A stretch of 64,000 nt of DNA from Octopus sinensis. Taxonomy: Eukaryota. The stretch spans positions 18,476,001-18,540,000 of the forward strand of contig NC_043015.1 in NCBI RefSeq assembly GCF_006345805.1, given 5' to 3'. The position numbers were made by a program, and so were the translations under genes. The notes below the pieces were generated by a model that searched no databases, was not told the DNA's origin, and saw nothing but the letters and a program-made list of their open reading frames with translations. Shown here piece after piece: positions 37,626 to 50,611 of the stretch (position 1 is the first letter of the stretch; every line of letters starts with the position of its first letter).

Positions 37626-38286
37626 AATAACCAGATTACTATTGATTTCATATTGAGAGAGATATCTCTCAACAACTATTCAACTCTGTCACATGGGACG
37701 TCTCCATCTTGGGAAAAAAACCCAATAAAATCACGGGAGTTTGCGCGAGATTTTGGAGTAAACAAATAAACATACTTCTCAAGGGGAGTAACTCCTAAAT
37801 TATTATCTTGTAATAGATATTAAGTTTGAGTTTGAATTTTATATGTGCATACATTCACACAACCATACCGGTATTATACGCATTTAATGCATATTTAATG
37901 TGTGCACTTAGTAGTTCGTATTTGTATATATATGTGTGCCTGCTCACGGAGTTTCACATGTTTTTCACATGCTGGTGTTGCGATTTCATAGTATTGTATA
38001 GCTCTAAATTTGTGTATATATGTATATAAAAGTTTGTGCTTATGTTCATAAACTTGTGTGCATATTCATTCTGAGAATGAATATGTGTATCATGCACACA
38101 TGAACACATACACATGTATGTGCATGTACACACACATGCATGCACGCACGTGCACACACACATATATATATATATATATACGCCTATATTCATATACACA
38201 CACACATACAAACACACATATCCATGTAACCAATCACGTGCTTTTCTTGGACATTTTCCTTACCTCTGAACCTTCCCTCTTTCTAC

Positions 38287-38319
38287 TTTCTGACGAAGAG
38301 TCATGCTCGAGACGTTATA
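38287..38319 (+). ncRNA. Minimal hammerhead motif (A14 mutated)
   Basis: TTT-CTGACGA-A-GAG tcatg CTC-GAGAC-GTT-ATA. Homologous to 3091-3123. Confidence 0.55.
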
Positions 38320-38494
38320 CACGCTCTCTTGTATCCATCTAACACTGAGCATCAACCTAATACATTCCATGTGTACGTCCTTTTGATTTTTGTTATTTAG
38401 TTATTTTTAATTTTCGATTTGCCAACACACGCACACACACACACACACATGCGCGCATACACACACACACATACACACTTATAAATATACTGCT

Positions 38495-38700
38495 TGGCAT
38501 TCACGCCAGATGCTCCAATACGAACATTTCAGAGTGTTTGGGTGTCCATCTGAGGACAGTGCATGTACTGAGAGAGATAAAAATGAAACATCCAGTCGAC
38601 ATCATGATGTTTGGAGTGATTACCAGTGATGAGAACGTTATGCCTCCATTCATCTTCCCATACGACCTCAAACTCAATACGGAGGCCTACATGTGTTTGG
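38495..38700 (+). mobile_element. Tc1/mariner-superfamily transposase fragment (DD37D-like)
   Basis: KMKHPVDIMMFGVITSDENVMPPFIFPYDLKLNTEAY resembles the KHP..VMV.G.V.SDG..MPP.IF motif. Confidence 0.65.
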
Positions 38701-38893
38701 GAAACTAGCTTCTTACCACGTGGTTACAGGTTCAGTCCCACTGCGTGATACCTTGAGCCAATGTCTTCTGCTATAGCCTCGGTCCAGCCAAAGCCTTGTG
38801 AATGAATCTGGTAGACGGAAGCTAAAAGAAACCCGTCGCATATGTATGTATGGATATGCATATGTATATATATATATGCATGTATGTATATAT

Positions 38894-38925
<32 letters not shown>

Positions 38926-39505
38926 ATATATATATATATATATGGCCGTAGGCCATATTCTGCTTGTTTATTCGTTGTTTTGTTCCTCGTCTTTCCACTA
39001 ACAGTCTCATCTTGTTCATCTTTGCTTGTCCGTCTCGTTTCGCTTTGTTATGTTTTGGTCGCATTCCCAGCAGTTGTTCTTGCTGGTTGCCTCCAGAGTT
39101 GAGCAATATTATTGATAATGGCACGAAATTGCGCTCGAGATCATTGCCGATAACTGATGTGGAGTTGGTGACCTTTGTTTTCTGTTCGTCTGTGCATGCA
39201 ATATAGTTTAATTGCCAAAATGCAAATTCACTTCAGTTATCATAGAGAGACTATTTCCCTTATGGCAAAAAGGTGTGAAAGCACCCTATTTGTTCAGTGT
39301 CGCCATCTATTAGCAATCCCAGATATCGATGTTTCAAGCTACTTGGCTTTTATCGATGGGATGTACCTACGAGAGGCAACTCTGAACAAATTTTATAAAG
39401 CAATAGCTTTATGTAACGCTGGCGGATTTGCGCTGGTAGACCGCCTGATGGTGGAAAAAGTAACAAAATGTTGGCACTAACCAGTGGTTAAGTATAAGCA
39501 AAATT

Positions 39506-39680
39506 TAGGTTAGTTAAAATATGTTTGTGACATATTCTAACTGCTAAAAGGCAAATTCACTGGAGTTATCGTGGGGAAAATATCTCTCTTATGGTAAGAA
39601 AAAAATTCTCTACGGTAACTGCAGTGAATTTGCCTTCTAGCAGTTGAAAATATCACAAACATATTTTAACTAATGCCTAA
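39506..39680. mobile_element. Palindromic MITE (~175 bp)
   Basis: taggttagttaaaatatgtttgtga...ctgctaaaaggcaaattcactg is mirrored by cagtgaatttgccttctagcag...tcacaaacatattttaactaatgccta. Confidence 0.75.
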
Positions 39681-39709
39681 ACACTGCTTGGCGCTAACAT
39701 TTCCATACA

Positions 39710-39764
<55 letters not shown>

Positions 39765-39839
39765 ACACACACAGACACACACACACAGACACACACACAA
39801 ACACACACACACACACATACACACATATCTATATCTATA

Positions 39840-39975
39840 TACGTGACTGTGGCAAGAAGCTTGCTTCCCAACCATATAGTTCCAGGTTCAGTCCCTCTGC
39901 ATGGCAACTTGGGCAAGCGTCTTCTACTATAGCCTTTGGCAGACCAAGGCCTTGTGTGTGGATTTGGTAAACGGA
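39840..39975 (+). mobile_element. SINE family B, 5' part
   Basis: gtgactgtggcaagaagcttgcttcccaaccatatagttccaggttcagtccc...ggatttggtaaacggaaac. Confidence 0.75.
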
Positions 39976-40509
39976 AACATAGAATTCACGTATGCCCGCA
40001 TACAAATACATACGCATGCGCGCACGCACACCCACGTACATGTGTCTATATGCATTTGCTCACTCACGCTTGCATGAAACACATACATGCACACCCACAC
40101 ACACGCCTATATGTGCACATATATATGCAACCATACACATGTACACATATACATATTCGCGCACACGTACACAAACACGCGTACTCATACCCATACGCGC
40201 ACAATTATATTCATATACACGTCTAAAATCGCATATGCTATACATCCATATGCTCACTCACACTCGCATGAAACGCATGCACACCCACACACACTCCTAT
40301 ATGTATACATATATATGCAACCATACACATGTACACATATACATACTCGCACACATGCGCAAACACGCGCACAGATATGTTCATATGTACATCTATATAC
40401 GCACATGCACAAAAAATGCAGGATGAAAAGTAATATGCAGAAAAATATGTAAAAATATATAAACCAATAAAAATATATAAAAATATAGATAAAATATGTA
40501 AAAAATATA

Positions 40510-40775
40510 TATTATTTTATTCTTTCACTTGTTTCAGTCATTTGACTACGGCCATGCTGGAGTACCGCCTTTTAGTCGAGCAAATCAACTCAGGACTTAT
40601 TGTTTTTAAGCCTAGTACTTATTCTATCGGTCTCTTGCCGAACTGCTAAGTTACGGGGACGTAAACACACCAGCATCGGTTGTCAAGCGATGTTGGGGGG
40701 ACAAACGCAAGCACACAAACATACACACACACATACATGTGTGTGTGAACCCGGAACCATGTAAGCAAGCTACTT
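40510..40775 (-). mobile_element. SINE family B body, separated from its head (42830-42860) by an insertion
   Basis: Minus strand resumes aagtagcttgcttacatggttccgggttca...gacaaccgatgctggtgtg...gtcaaatgactgaaacaagtg. Confidence 0.85.
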
Positions 40776-42829
40776 TATTTCATTTCATTTGCCATAGACG
40801 TAGCACAAAGATGGGTAGCTTTGCGGGCTGGACATAGACATTAATAAGGCGGATGATGATGATCCAAAAATGATAAAGATGGGAGAAGGCAGAAAGCGCC
40901 CGCCGACTCTCTGCTTCTCTAAAACATTGTTCTTTAAAAATGCATATACAAAGGTATTAACCCTCTTACAATTTAAAATATAATATGTTTGGACTAAAAA
41001 GTCCATACAATTATAAATTACAATTTATACACAAATTAGAGGCGATAAACCTCTACAATTCTTCCACGAGTAAATTTCTTGCAACTTGCAGGCATTGCTG
41101 CCACCGAAATCTGGGATCCAAAAAAGGATTCTATAATTCTCGTTTTTACAAGAGTCAGTTATCTGATCACAGTACTTTCTTTCCAGCACCAGAGCAGCCA
41201 TGTGCGAAGGCCACTCTGGACTGTCAATACAATTCGTTTCCCTCAGCACCCGACTACCCATATCATTCTCCTCGAAACTTTCAATAGGCCTTCCCCTGAG
41301 ATAGCAGAACATACATTCTTCACCACCTTCAATTGAAGGGGCCTCAACTCCCTTGCTCGGCGGCACACATCCCACTGATGAGGTCATCTTCTTCTCCCCT
41401 CCAGTGGCACATATACAACCGAAGGGGTTTTGAGACAAGCCGTCGCCGGCATTGCCAGGTTTTTCTTTTTTCTCTTCTTTTTTCCTTTTACGATGGGAGG
41501 GTGGAGTTCCTCCGACATCTCCGGAGGACTCTCCCTCGCCCCCGCCGTCTCAGGATCCATCGGTGGGCAACCATTGTTGTCTCCCTTCTTTCTTTTCTTC
41601 CCCTTTGTTTTCGAGGAGGTTACCTCCTCTTCAACTTTTTCCTCCACTGGGGGAGCAGGGGACACCTTTTCAATTAACTGTTCATGGACCTTTGCCTGGT
41701 CCCGGCGACAGTTCTTCTTTATGTGGTTCGATTCCAGGCACGGTTGACACTTGGGGGAATGTCCCTCAACCATCACCGGGTACCTGGAATCGGCCATTGT
41801 CAAAAAATCTGGTAAAACCAGATCATCGGCTGATTGGGTCCATAGGGTCATAATTGCTTTTGACCGACCCAATCAACCGCAGGCAACATTTTTACATTTA
41901 AGAGCCTTGCAGGGCCGCCACCCAAGCCCCGACGGATAGTGTCTTCTATCCATTCGGCCTCTATACTGGGTGGCAGCCCGCACACCCAGGCTCTTGTTAA
42001 TCCTCTACCGCCATAAGTAGGGAGAAGCAAAATTTTCTCCCCCTCCAAAGGCGTGTTCGCAAAATCACGAGCTTCCGCAGGGGTGTTAAAAAATACACAA
42101 ACAGTTTCAATCTTCGCACCCCTGCGGATAAACTTAACAGTTGGTAGATAGTCTGCCAACTCCTCCTCAATTTCTTCCTCAGAGAAGATCTTGATGGTGT
42201 CAAGGACCCTGGAATAGGTCCTTAACACCACCGTTCTCTCCGTATAATTTTTCACCCATTCTTTGGGGGCCAGAATTTGCCACTTCAAAGCGGATTTCAC
42301 CGTTGCCATGTTGATAGCCAAAACAAGAAAAAGTCCACAAATAAAAATCAGAATGTTCAAATGAAAGTCTATAAAGAAACTCAAAAAAGATCAGAAAGAC
42401 AGACAAGAGAAGAAAGTGCGAAGGAAGATACAACACAACGCAACACAATTCTGCTACTGGTAATTCAAACTGGTAGTCCTTCGCAGCACAAATGGTATTC
42501 CGTTCAACTGCGGCTATACTCCTATCCTTTATGGTAAAAATCCACTTGAAAGGGCACAAACACAGTCATAGAAAATTCCAAAAAATTTTCGGCTCCCGAA
42601 AATACACACAATTCTCACTAAAATGTGAGTCTTTTAGTATGACCACTGGCAAACAAATGTCTGGAACACAGACATTCGAAAAAATAATAACCATACGGTC
42701 AACGGACTTCACTATCCCCCCCCAAAACAAATGCCTTACCTGTGGTCGTGTTTCAAATGTTCGATTTTTCACGTACGACGTGACTTCCACCGCGACGAAA
42801 ACCAACGCGACAACTAGGTAGCAGTCAGG
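40776..42829 (-). mobile_element. ORF1-only non-LTR retroelement (HAL1-like; L1/Tx1-type gag with zinc knuckle), 9-bp TSD
   Basis: ORF1 starts at MATVKSALKW (ATG ~42309) and runs across frameshifts through an RRM-like region, CQPCLESNHIKKNC (CX2CX4HX4C) and a Lys-rich linker to ~41025. There is no APE/RT. The tail is (tgaaa)n-aataaa, and aagctactt occurs at both 40767-40775 and 42830-42838. Confidence 0.8.
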
Positions 42830-42860
42830 AAGCTACTTACCACTCAGCCACTCCTGCGCC
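42830..42860 (-). mobile_element. SINE family B head (A-box), left half of the split SINE
   Basis: Reverse complement reads ggcgcaggagtggctgagtggtaagtagctt. Confidence 0.85.
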
Positions 42861-42989
42861 TATATAAAAATATAGAGAGATAAAATGCTTATACGTGGAC
42901 ACAATATAAAAGCAAAGCTCTACCTGTGATCTTGTGGGGACCAAAAACGTAAATATTTAGCCATATGTGGACATTATCCAAAAAGTTCA

Positions 42990-43400
42990 GTTCTTGAATT
43001 TAGACATGCTTTTTCAGATGAGCCATCTTTCCATATCACAAAGACCGCAGGCCTTATTAAGTGTGAGATGGAAAGCTTTCTTTTACAACATGGAAGAGGA
43101 CACTACAGAGAATATCTTCTATGGAATTAAATCAAAGAAATTCCCTCAAAAAATCAAAGGCTTGGAAGACTTCGAAGCGGACCTACTGAAGCTCATGAAT
43201 AAAATAAATTTCGTAAGTCTTTTAACACTTTCCAACAGAAACTGAAAAAAGATATCAAATACACAAAGAGGTTAAAAAAAAAGGACGGCACATTTTTCTG
43301 ATAAAACCAAGAACTTATACCTTGTAGAAAGCAGTACATATTCACTACGCTTTAGATGGTGTAGATTCCGATCATATCGGAATTTGTTATGAAATAAAGA
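42990..43400 (+). mobile_element. PLE N-terminal/RT-proximal fragment
   Basis: VRWKAFFY...YGIKSKKFPQKIKGLEDFEADLLKLM..INF, then FQQKLKKDIK...DKTKNLY, motifs of Neptune/Nematis-like PLE ORFs. Confidence 0.75.
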
Positions 43401-44338
43401 TTTAAAAAAAAACAGAGAAAAAGTTACATAAACATCCGTATATATGAGGATGTTTACTAACATATACACCTAAACATACATATAAATGTTATAGCGTTAG
43501 CAGCAGCAGAAAGTATCGGCTGTCTTTTGTTTATAAATATCTTACGCTTTTTCATTGGTTAATTTTGCTCTCCATACATCGATTCTAATCTTCGTGAAAA
43601 GTTTCTTTTCCATGGAGAAAGGTTCTCAGAATCGGGTTTGCAGCAGTTATAAAAACCCTGATTTTTGGGGAAATTATTCAGTGACACTCGGATGCCATAC
43701 GGAACCTCGTCAGTCAGTCTGGCAATGCTATTTTGCATTGTTCATCCTTCAAGATCTTATGTCATGCTTTTCTCAACCTTTTTAGTGTAGTTTTGAAGAA
43801 CTAGCTAAGAAAAAATTCCCTGTCGTCATTCTCGACAGAGATTCTTTTAAAACATGTTTTTCTTCATACTGCAATGTTTCCTATCACTACTATCTTGTAA
43901 TAAATTCATTGTATATATTTTTAAATTCTGTAAATAAATGAATGCTGTTAAATCCCATCCTTCTCCTCTTGATATTAGCTGTACGAACTCTCATCGTATG
44001 ATTATAAGGAAAATGAATTAGTTAAAGATTTATTTGCATGCACCTTTATGAGATTATACTCAAGCATTTGTCAACACGTGTAAATACAGTCAACCCAGTA
44101 TGAAGAAACGAAATAACATTCTTAAGATTAACATGACTTCTTAATTTCACTTCCACAGATATCTTCACATTGCTATCAAAAGCCCATTTTCTTATACTAT
44201 TTAAACTGTCTCATAACCTGTTTGTGAAGTGTCGATATCTTCAACATACATGCTGAATGCTGGTACGATTGTATATTACATCTTGCGGTCTGTCTACATC
44301 TCCAACTTTTCGCGACTAGGTCATTAAGACACAGCGAA

Positions 44339-44403
44339 GTGACAATTATTCGGTAGCCAAGATAAAACTCCGAGTTTTATCTTGGCTACCGAATAATTGT
44401 CAC
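44339..44403. repeat. Perfect 32-bp inverted repeat with a 1-nt spacer
   Basis: gtgacaattattcggtagccaagataaaactc-c-gagttttatcttggctaccgaataattgtcac. Confidence 0.97.
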
Positions 44404-44983
44404 ATATTAAATCTACAGATATATATATATATATATTATATATATATATATAAATGCAGCCTAACCTAGGGTTGATAATTAGGGATATTTATATTTACTA
44501 CAGTAAACAGTTAGATTTGTTGACTACCACGACAAATCCACAGTCAGTTTTAACTAATAAACCGACATACCATGGCCGCTTTATAATGTATATTTATTAT
44601 TTTATCTGCCCAAGTTTACTCATGTTTATCCATACACATATTCATAGATAAATACATAAAATACATGAATACGAGTACCTACACATATTTGTACATGTGT
44701 ACATACACACACACACATACGCATACACACACACGTGTGCGTGTGTGCGTGCGTGCAAGCGCGCGCGCGTGTGTGTGCGTGTGTGTTATGTTGTATATAT
44801 AAATGCATATTCATGTGAGAAGTAGCGTGAAAGCATACGAAAAATCACAGAAGTATAAAAGTATATATATATATATAAACTCGACTATTTGCAAACCATT
44901 ATAAATTCACAACCCAGAGTATACACTAATAATGTTGAAAAGTATAAGCAAAAAATGCAAGGTCATCATGAAGGCAAATCTAT

Positions 44984-45027
<44 letters not shown>

Positions 45028-45139
45028 CATAAAAACAAATATAGTTAGGAATTTGCTAAACTAGCACAATATCTATCATAATATTTTCAAGGGAGTATAG
45101 GTATCTTTTTGGAGAAATGGTTATCTCTTTGTAAGTTGT

Positions 45140-45760
45140 AAGGATTTGTATCATTTTAAGGTACTAAAATTTGGGTGTCTACAACAGGGGATTATTTCAG
45201 AATGTTTTTCTGTGTAGCTTTGGTTTAGAGAACAAAAGTTCATATAATTCTGTGGTGAAAAGTTGATAAGGGTTTTGTTGTGCTGATGTTTTTTGACCTG
45301 TGAGACTTTTTAGCAGATATTACATGTGTGTGAGAAGTTTTTAAATTCAGACAGAGACAATGTTAATTGAATATATGAAAGCAAAGTTTTAGAGCAATTA
45401 GAGTTTTTGCTAGAAGTTAAGGGTGTCAATAGTTTGTAATTTTTGAAAATGATTATGCAAAAATTGGAAGATTGCTTTGGCTATAGAAAATTTATTTATT
45501 ATAGAAAATATATTTATTATAATAGTTCGCGTTTCTTATGTTTTTGTGTTGAGGTTGGGGCTTTGTATTGTTCTTGCGATAGTTGATTTCTCGCACTTTT
45601 TAAAGCTTCGTTCATGTTCTAAATAGGATAGTCGAGTGATTCTCAGTGAAATGTTATGAACAAAGGTATTAATCATTTTCCTCAGCTGGTTAGAGAATTT
45701 GATAATGTATTCCATTTTCCATTGGCGTGAGTGTATATATTCCATGTCTGTAACTAAATT
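45140..45760 (-). mobile_element. Highly decayed PLE GIY-YIG/C-terminal remnant
   Basis: Minus-strand pieces RITRLSYLEHERSF, TCNIC and EIIPCCRHPNF parallel the C-terminus of the 28.2 kb PLE. Confidence 0.4.
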
Positions 45761-46003
45761 TCTTAACTTAATTTTTGTATTTTAGACTTTCATTTAAAAT
45801 ACTTCAGTTTTTTAATTAAATTTTTAAAATTAAATTTATTTTCAGCACATATTTTTAAAATCAGTTTTTTTCACCTTATGCTGTTTAAATCATTTTAATA
45901 AACCGGCTTTTTGTATCAAGTATTTTAATAAATTAACAACACTATTTAAAATCGATTTTGGTAATTCATCTTCAGATACTATCGCTCTTTGATCACACTA
46001 GCA

Positions 46004-46400
<397 letters not shown>

Positions 46401-46482
46401 GTGTATGTGCGTATGTATTTAGCTTATTTTGTCTATATATCTGTGATTAGAAAGGTGTATCATATCGTTTTGCATAGTATAA

Positions 46483-48031
46483 CACTGGTGAACACAATTT
46501 TCGTTGAGTTGTTTTTGACTAACATTTGGTCTCTGAACCCCAAAATGACCCCAGTTTTTCTGTATCACTTCAGCTTCTTCAACTAGAGGATACCTTCACT
46601 TTGTCTCAAAAACCATAAAAGTACTGCATCTAACAAATTTGTGCTATTTTATAGAATGTTTATAAAATCTACATATAAAACATATAAAACCTTGGTTGAT
46701 TGTAATGTTTGTAAAATATATATTTTGTTCACACAGAGGAAATTATTAATGTGAATCAAGTTGTGTGCAAATAGTTAGGGTAAAAATTTAAGCTTATTCT
46801 TTTTCCTGGAGTGTTCAATCTGTGGACAATTTCACTTTATGGTCCGACAATAGTCAGTCATCATATTTACATCCCATCTAACCTGATACTGTTCCTCCAT
46901 GACTTTCAAGTGCAGAGGTGGATATACAATTTTTTAAAGTGATCAAGTGGCTGTTGTTGAATGTTGGGATTGCCAGTTTTGAGGTCAGATCTTGGAGGCC
47001 AATTCCTCTCTACCCAATACTTCTCTTACGCTCTCCTTTTCCGCATGCACTGAAAACTGGGATACTTGGTGTATTCACATTATTGTCCAAGAAGGAAGCA
47101 TACCATTTTAAGGTCATCACATCCAATTGTGTTTATGATATTGCAACAATTCAAAGACTCTCTTTATACCTCCATATTCTTTATGAAGAAAAAATGAATG
47201 CCCAATTGGGACTGCACCATATAAATTACCATTGTGGTGGAGGATACACTTTAAACTATCGCTGAACAATCTTCATTCAGTTGAGTTGTAGATCAGAATT
47301 TCCAATTTCTCCAGTAAACGCTGCATGTTATGGCAATTCCTAAACTTACTGCCACTTCGAAAGTACTGCAGAAATTAACTTTCTCTGGATCGAAAGTAGA
47401 ACACTTTCACTCCTTTTTCAAGCAAATTTTCTCATTCAGTCTTGATGCTAGGAGTTCTGAAGCCTTTTTTTGATCGTCCCAAATCTCACGCCAAATCATT
47501 CAACTCGTGCTGATCGAATATCTTACGAGGTGGGTCATCTTCAATTTCAAAATCTCCATCATTGCTAGCTCAAGGTACTTCATCTTGATCCATATCTTCA
47601 AGAAAGAGTAGCTGAACAAAAACTGGTACTAGGATTTCAGCTAAATTAAGCACTGGATGTATATCATAGTAGACTATAATACTCGATTTTATATTTGATT
47701 TTTTCTTTTTATATCCTGAAGTTTTCCCTAAACAAAAGTGATAGTCTGTTCAATGATCTTTTCGCCAAATCATAGGTATACCAAATACCAACTTATCACG
47801 CGTTCCTTTGGTTCATATCCATAAACTCTCTACACACTACTTGCATACCTGTGAGAGACCCAAGACTTGTCTTGATCATCAGCTTTTACTCTAAAGCACG
47901 CAAAATAGCTTGGCTTCATAAAGGCGCTGATGTTTCCCCCTTTAACTGGGAATGATGAAACTGCTACAGATTGAACAAAAGGAATCAGGGTTATTTAGGC
48001 ACTTACGATGAGAAATAGCAGAAGGAGACAT
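46483..48031 (-). mobile_element. CMC/Chapaev3-like DNA transposon relic
   Basis: Minus strand from ATG 48031 reads MSPSAISHRKCLNNPDSFCSIC...YFACFRVKADDQDKSW...FGIPMIWR..DH.TDYHFC, and near 46800-46900 KVMEEQYQVRWDVNMMTDYC. The terminus CACTG at 46483 is preceded by TAA. Many stops and an internal deletion are present. Confidence 0.75.
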
Positions 48032-48267
48032 GATTTGAAAGAAAGGAAATAAGTATGGAAATAAAAATTAAGTTCAACAGTCACAAGACAAAATTGCTTA
48101 CACAAGACCTGCGAACCCCTTGCATACAGACTTTTCTGTATCAGTTGCAGAATACGATAGTAATCACCTGTATAGAGCGGGCACAAGAACCTGTAACACT
48201 ATGCTCGATAAATATGTGTATTCCACATACATATGTATGGATATGCATCTAAAAATGAATATACCTA

Positions 48268-49544
48268 CAGGGGTTAGACAAAATAATGGAATCACCTTAA
48301 AATTTTAAAGAAATTTATTTTAATATGGGGTAGGACCGCCTTTGGCAATAATACAACTTGAATTCTACGAGGTATGGACTCGTACAAAGTTTGAATTGTT
48401 TCCAAAAGAATGCTTGTCCATTCTTCAGCTAAAACAGTCTCCAGTTCTTGCAGTGATGATGGTAGAGGATATAGACTCCTTACTTGATTTTCTAAAATGC
48501 ACCATAAATGTTCAATGATATTGAGATCTGGGGACTGTGGTGGCCAGATAAGATGTTCAACTTCACTAAAATGTTCCTCGTGTCATTCAGTAACAACTTT
48601 AGTTGTGTGAATTGGTGCATTGTCATCCCGAAAGATTGCATTTCCCTCCGGAAACAGTTCTGCAACAATAGGATGAATTTGATCACATAAAATGCTTAAA
48701 TAGTCTTGACTATTAATTCTGCTATGAAGGGAAAGCATTGGGCCGGCGGATTTCCAAAGATATAGCCGTCCAGATCATTACAGATCCTCCTCTATATTTA
48801 ACGGTTGGAAGAAGGCAGTCTGGTTCAAATGCTTATTCTACCTGTCTTCACACGTATACTTGGCTGGTGGTCGGAAATAAGGTAAAGGATGACTCGTCCG
48901 AGAAAATAACATGTTTCCTCGGCTCTAGAGTCCAATTCTGCTGGTTTTTTTTTACTCCACTATAAACGCTTTGCAACGTTTGTTTTTGAAAGTAGTGGTT
49001 TTCTGATTGCAGCGATCCCGTGAAATCTGGCTTTGTGCAGCTCCCGGCGAACAGTTTTTGTGGAAACCGGGTTTTTGAGGTGGTCATTAAGCTCTTCAGT
49101 ATTTTTGGGATCTGTACTTTTGGGATCCTTTCTAACAATTCGCGTAATACTCCGACGGTCCCTATCTGAAAGTTTTGGTCTTCTTTCGGAGTTTTGTTTT
49201 GACGAGGAGTTAATTCCCTCTTTCTCAAATGCTGTAATTACTTTCGAGACAGTACTTCTTGATACACCAAACATTTTGGCTGTTTTCGTTACGTTAGCGC
49301 CTGCCGTACGAGCACTAAGAATTTGACCTCTTTGAAAGTCGGATAGATTTGTCATTTTAATGAATTTTAATTACCTTTTTCTGATGATATCTGAAAAGAA
49401 ACAGCAATTTTTGCAAAACATATTAAGCAATACTAATAATAAATAAAAAATCATAAAAATAAACAAGCGTTTGACGGTTTTATAGATATTTCAAAATTAT
49501 GATGCTATGATGCTAGGTGTTTCCATTATTTTGTCTAAACCCTG
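48268..49544 (-). mobile_element. Near full-length Tc1 (DD34E-type) transposon, inactivated
   Basis: TIRs caggggttagacaaaataatggaatcacct and its inverse with flanking TA. Transposase from 49355 has an HTH, VIFSDES, DDNAPIH and WPPQSPDLNIIEHLW, with internal stops and frameshifts. Confidence 0.95.
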
Positions 49545-50269
49545 TACGTTCATACAAATCATACATACATACATTCACACACATACTGCATAAGAAAAAA
49601 GAACTGGATGTATGTATGCATGTAAGCATGCATGCATGTATGTATATGAATCAAAGTTTTATAGAGTCTAACAATGGTTAATGTTAATGAATTTTGTCTG
49701 GTGATGTTTGCAGTAAATATAGCCTGAAAAGAATTTTCACTATCAGTTCTTTTTACGCTTGAAGTATTGCGCATTCTGTCTACATTCTGTCACTCTTAAT
49801 TCTCTGAATCCTTTCATTATTCCTCTTCCAATTATTGATCACAAAATCTTATTATCACCTGATTTGTCAGCTGATCTCATTATTCCTTTACCATTCTTTA
49901 TTGAGTATTCTCTTTATCTCAAGTCCTCAGTGTGAGCATCCCTCCATATATGTACACAAATGCACACACACACACACACACACGCACACACATACACACA
50001 CACACAAGCACACACACACACACACTCGTTTTAATATGGGTTTTGCTTGGGTTAGATGAAACTTATTGAGACAAATTTTCTATGGTTGGATGCCCGCCCT
50101 TTTGCCAACCCACAATTGTTTCTAAACAAGCTAATACTTCCTCATAGCCAAACACATTTTCCACAGAATATTGGAAATGGATAACACTGCTTGTATGACA
50201 ATGACACTCATTGTATATCTATCATTTGATTGTGAAGACAAGGAGGTGCAAACACCCTCTCTCTCTGCG

Positions 50270-50600
50270 TGGCACCTTGGGCAATTGTCTTCTACTATAA
50301 CCTCGGACCGACCAAAGCCTTGTGAGTGGATTTGGTAGGCGGAAACTGAAAGAAGCGTGTCGTATATATGTGTATGTATATATGTGTGTGTGTGTGCTTG
50401 TGTGTCTGTGTTTGTCCCCACAACATCGCTTGACAACCGATGCTGTTGCGTTTACGTCCCCGTAACTTAGCGGTTCAGCAAAAGGGACCAATAGAATAAG
50501 TAATAGGCTTAGAAAGAATAAGTCATGGGGTTGATTTGCGCGACTAAAGGCGATGCTGCAGCATGGCCGCAGTTAAATGACTGAAACAAGTAAAAGAGTA
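50270..50600 (+). mobile_element. SINE family B (5'-truncated), preceded by another interspersed repeat at ~50040-50260
   Basis: ctgcgtggcaccttgggcaattgtcttc...gacaaccgatgctg...gcagttaaatgactgaaacaagtaaaagag. Confidence 0.8.
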
Positions 50601-50611
50601 AAGAGTATATA

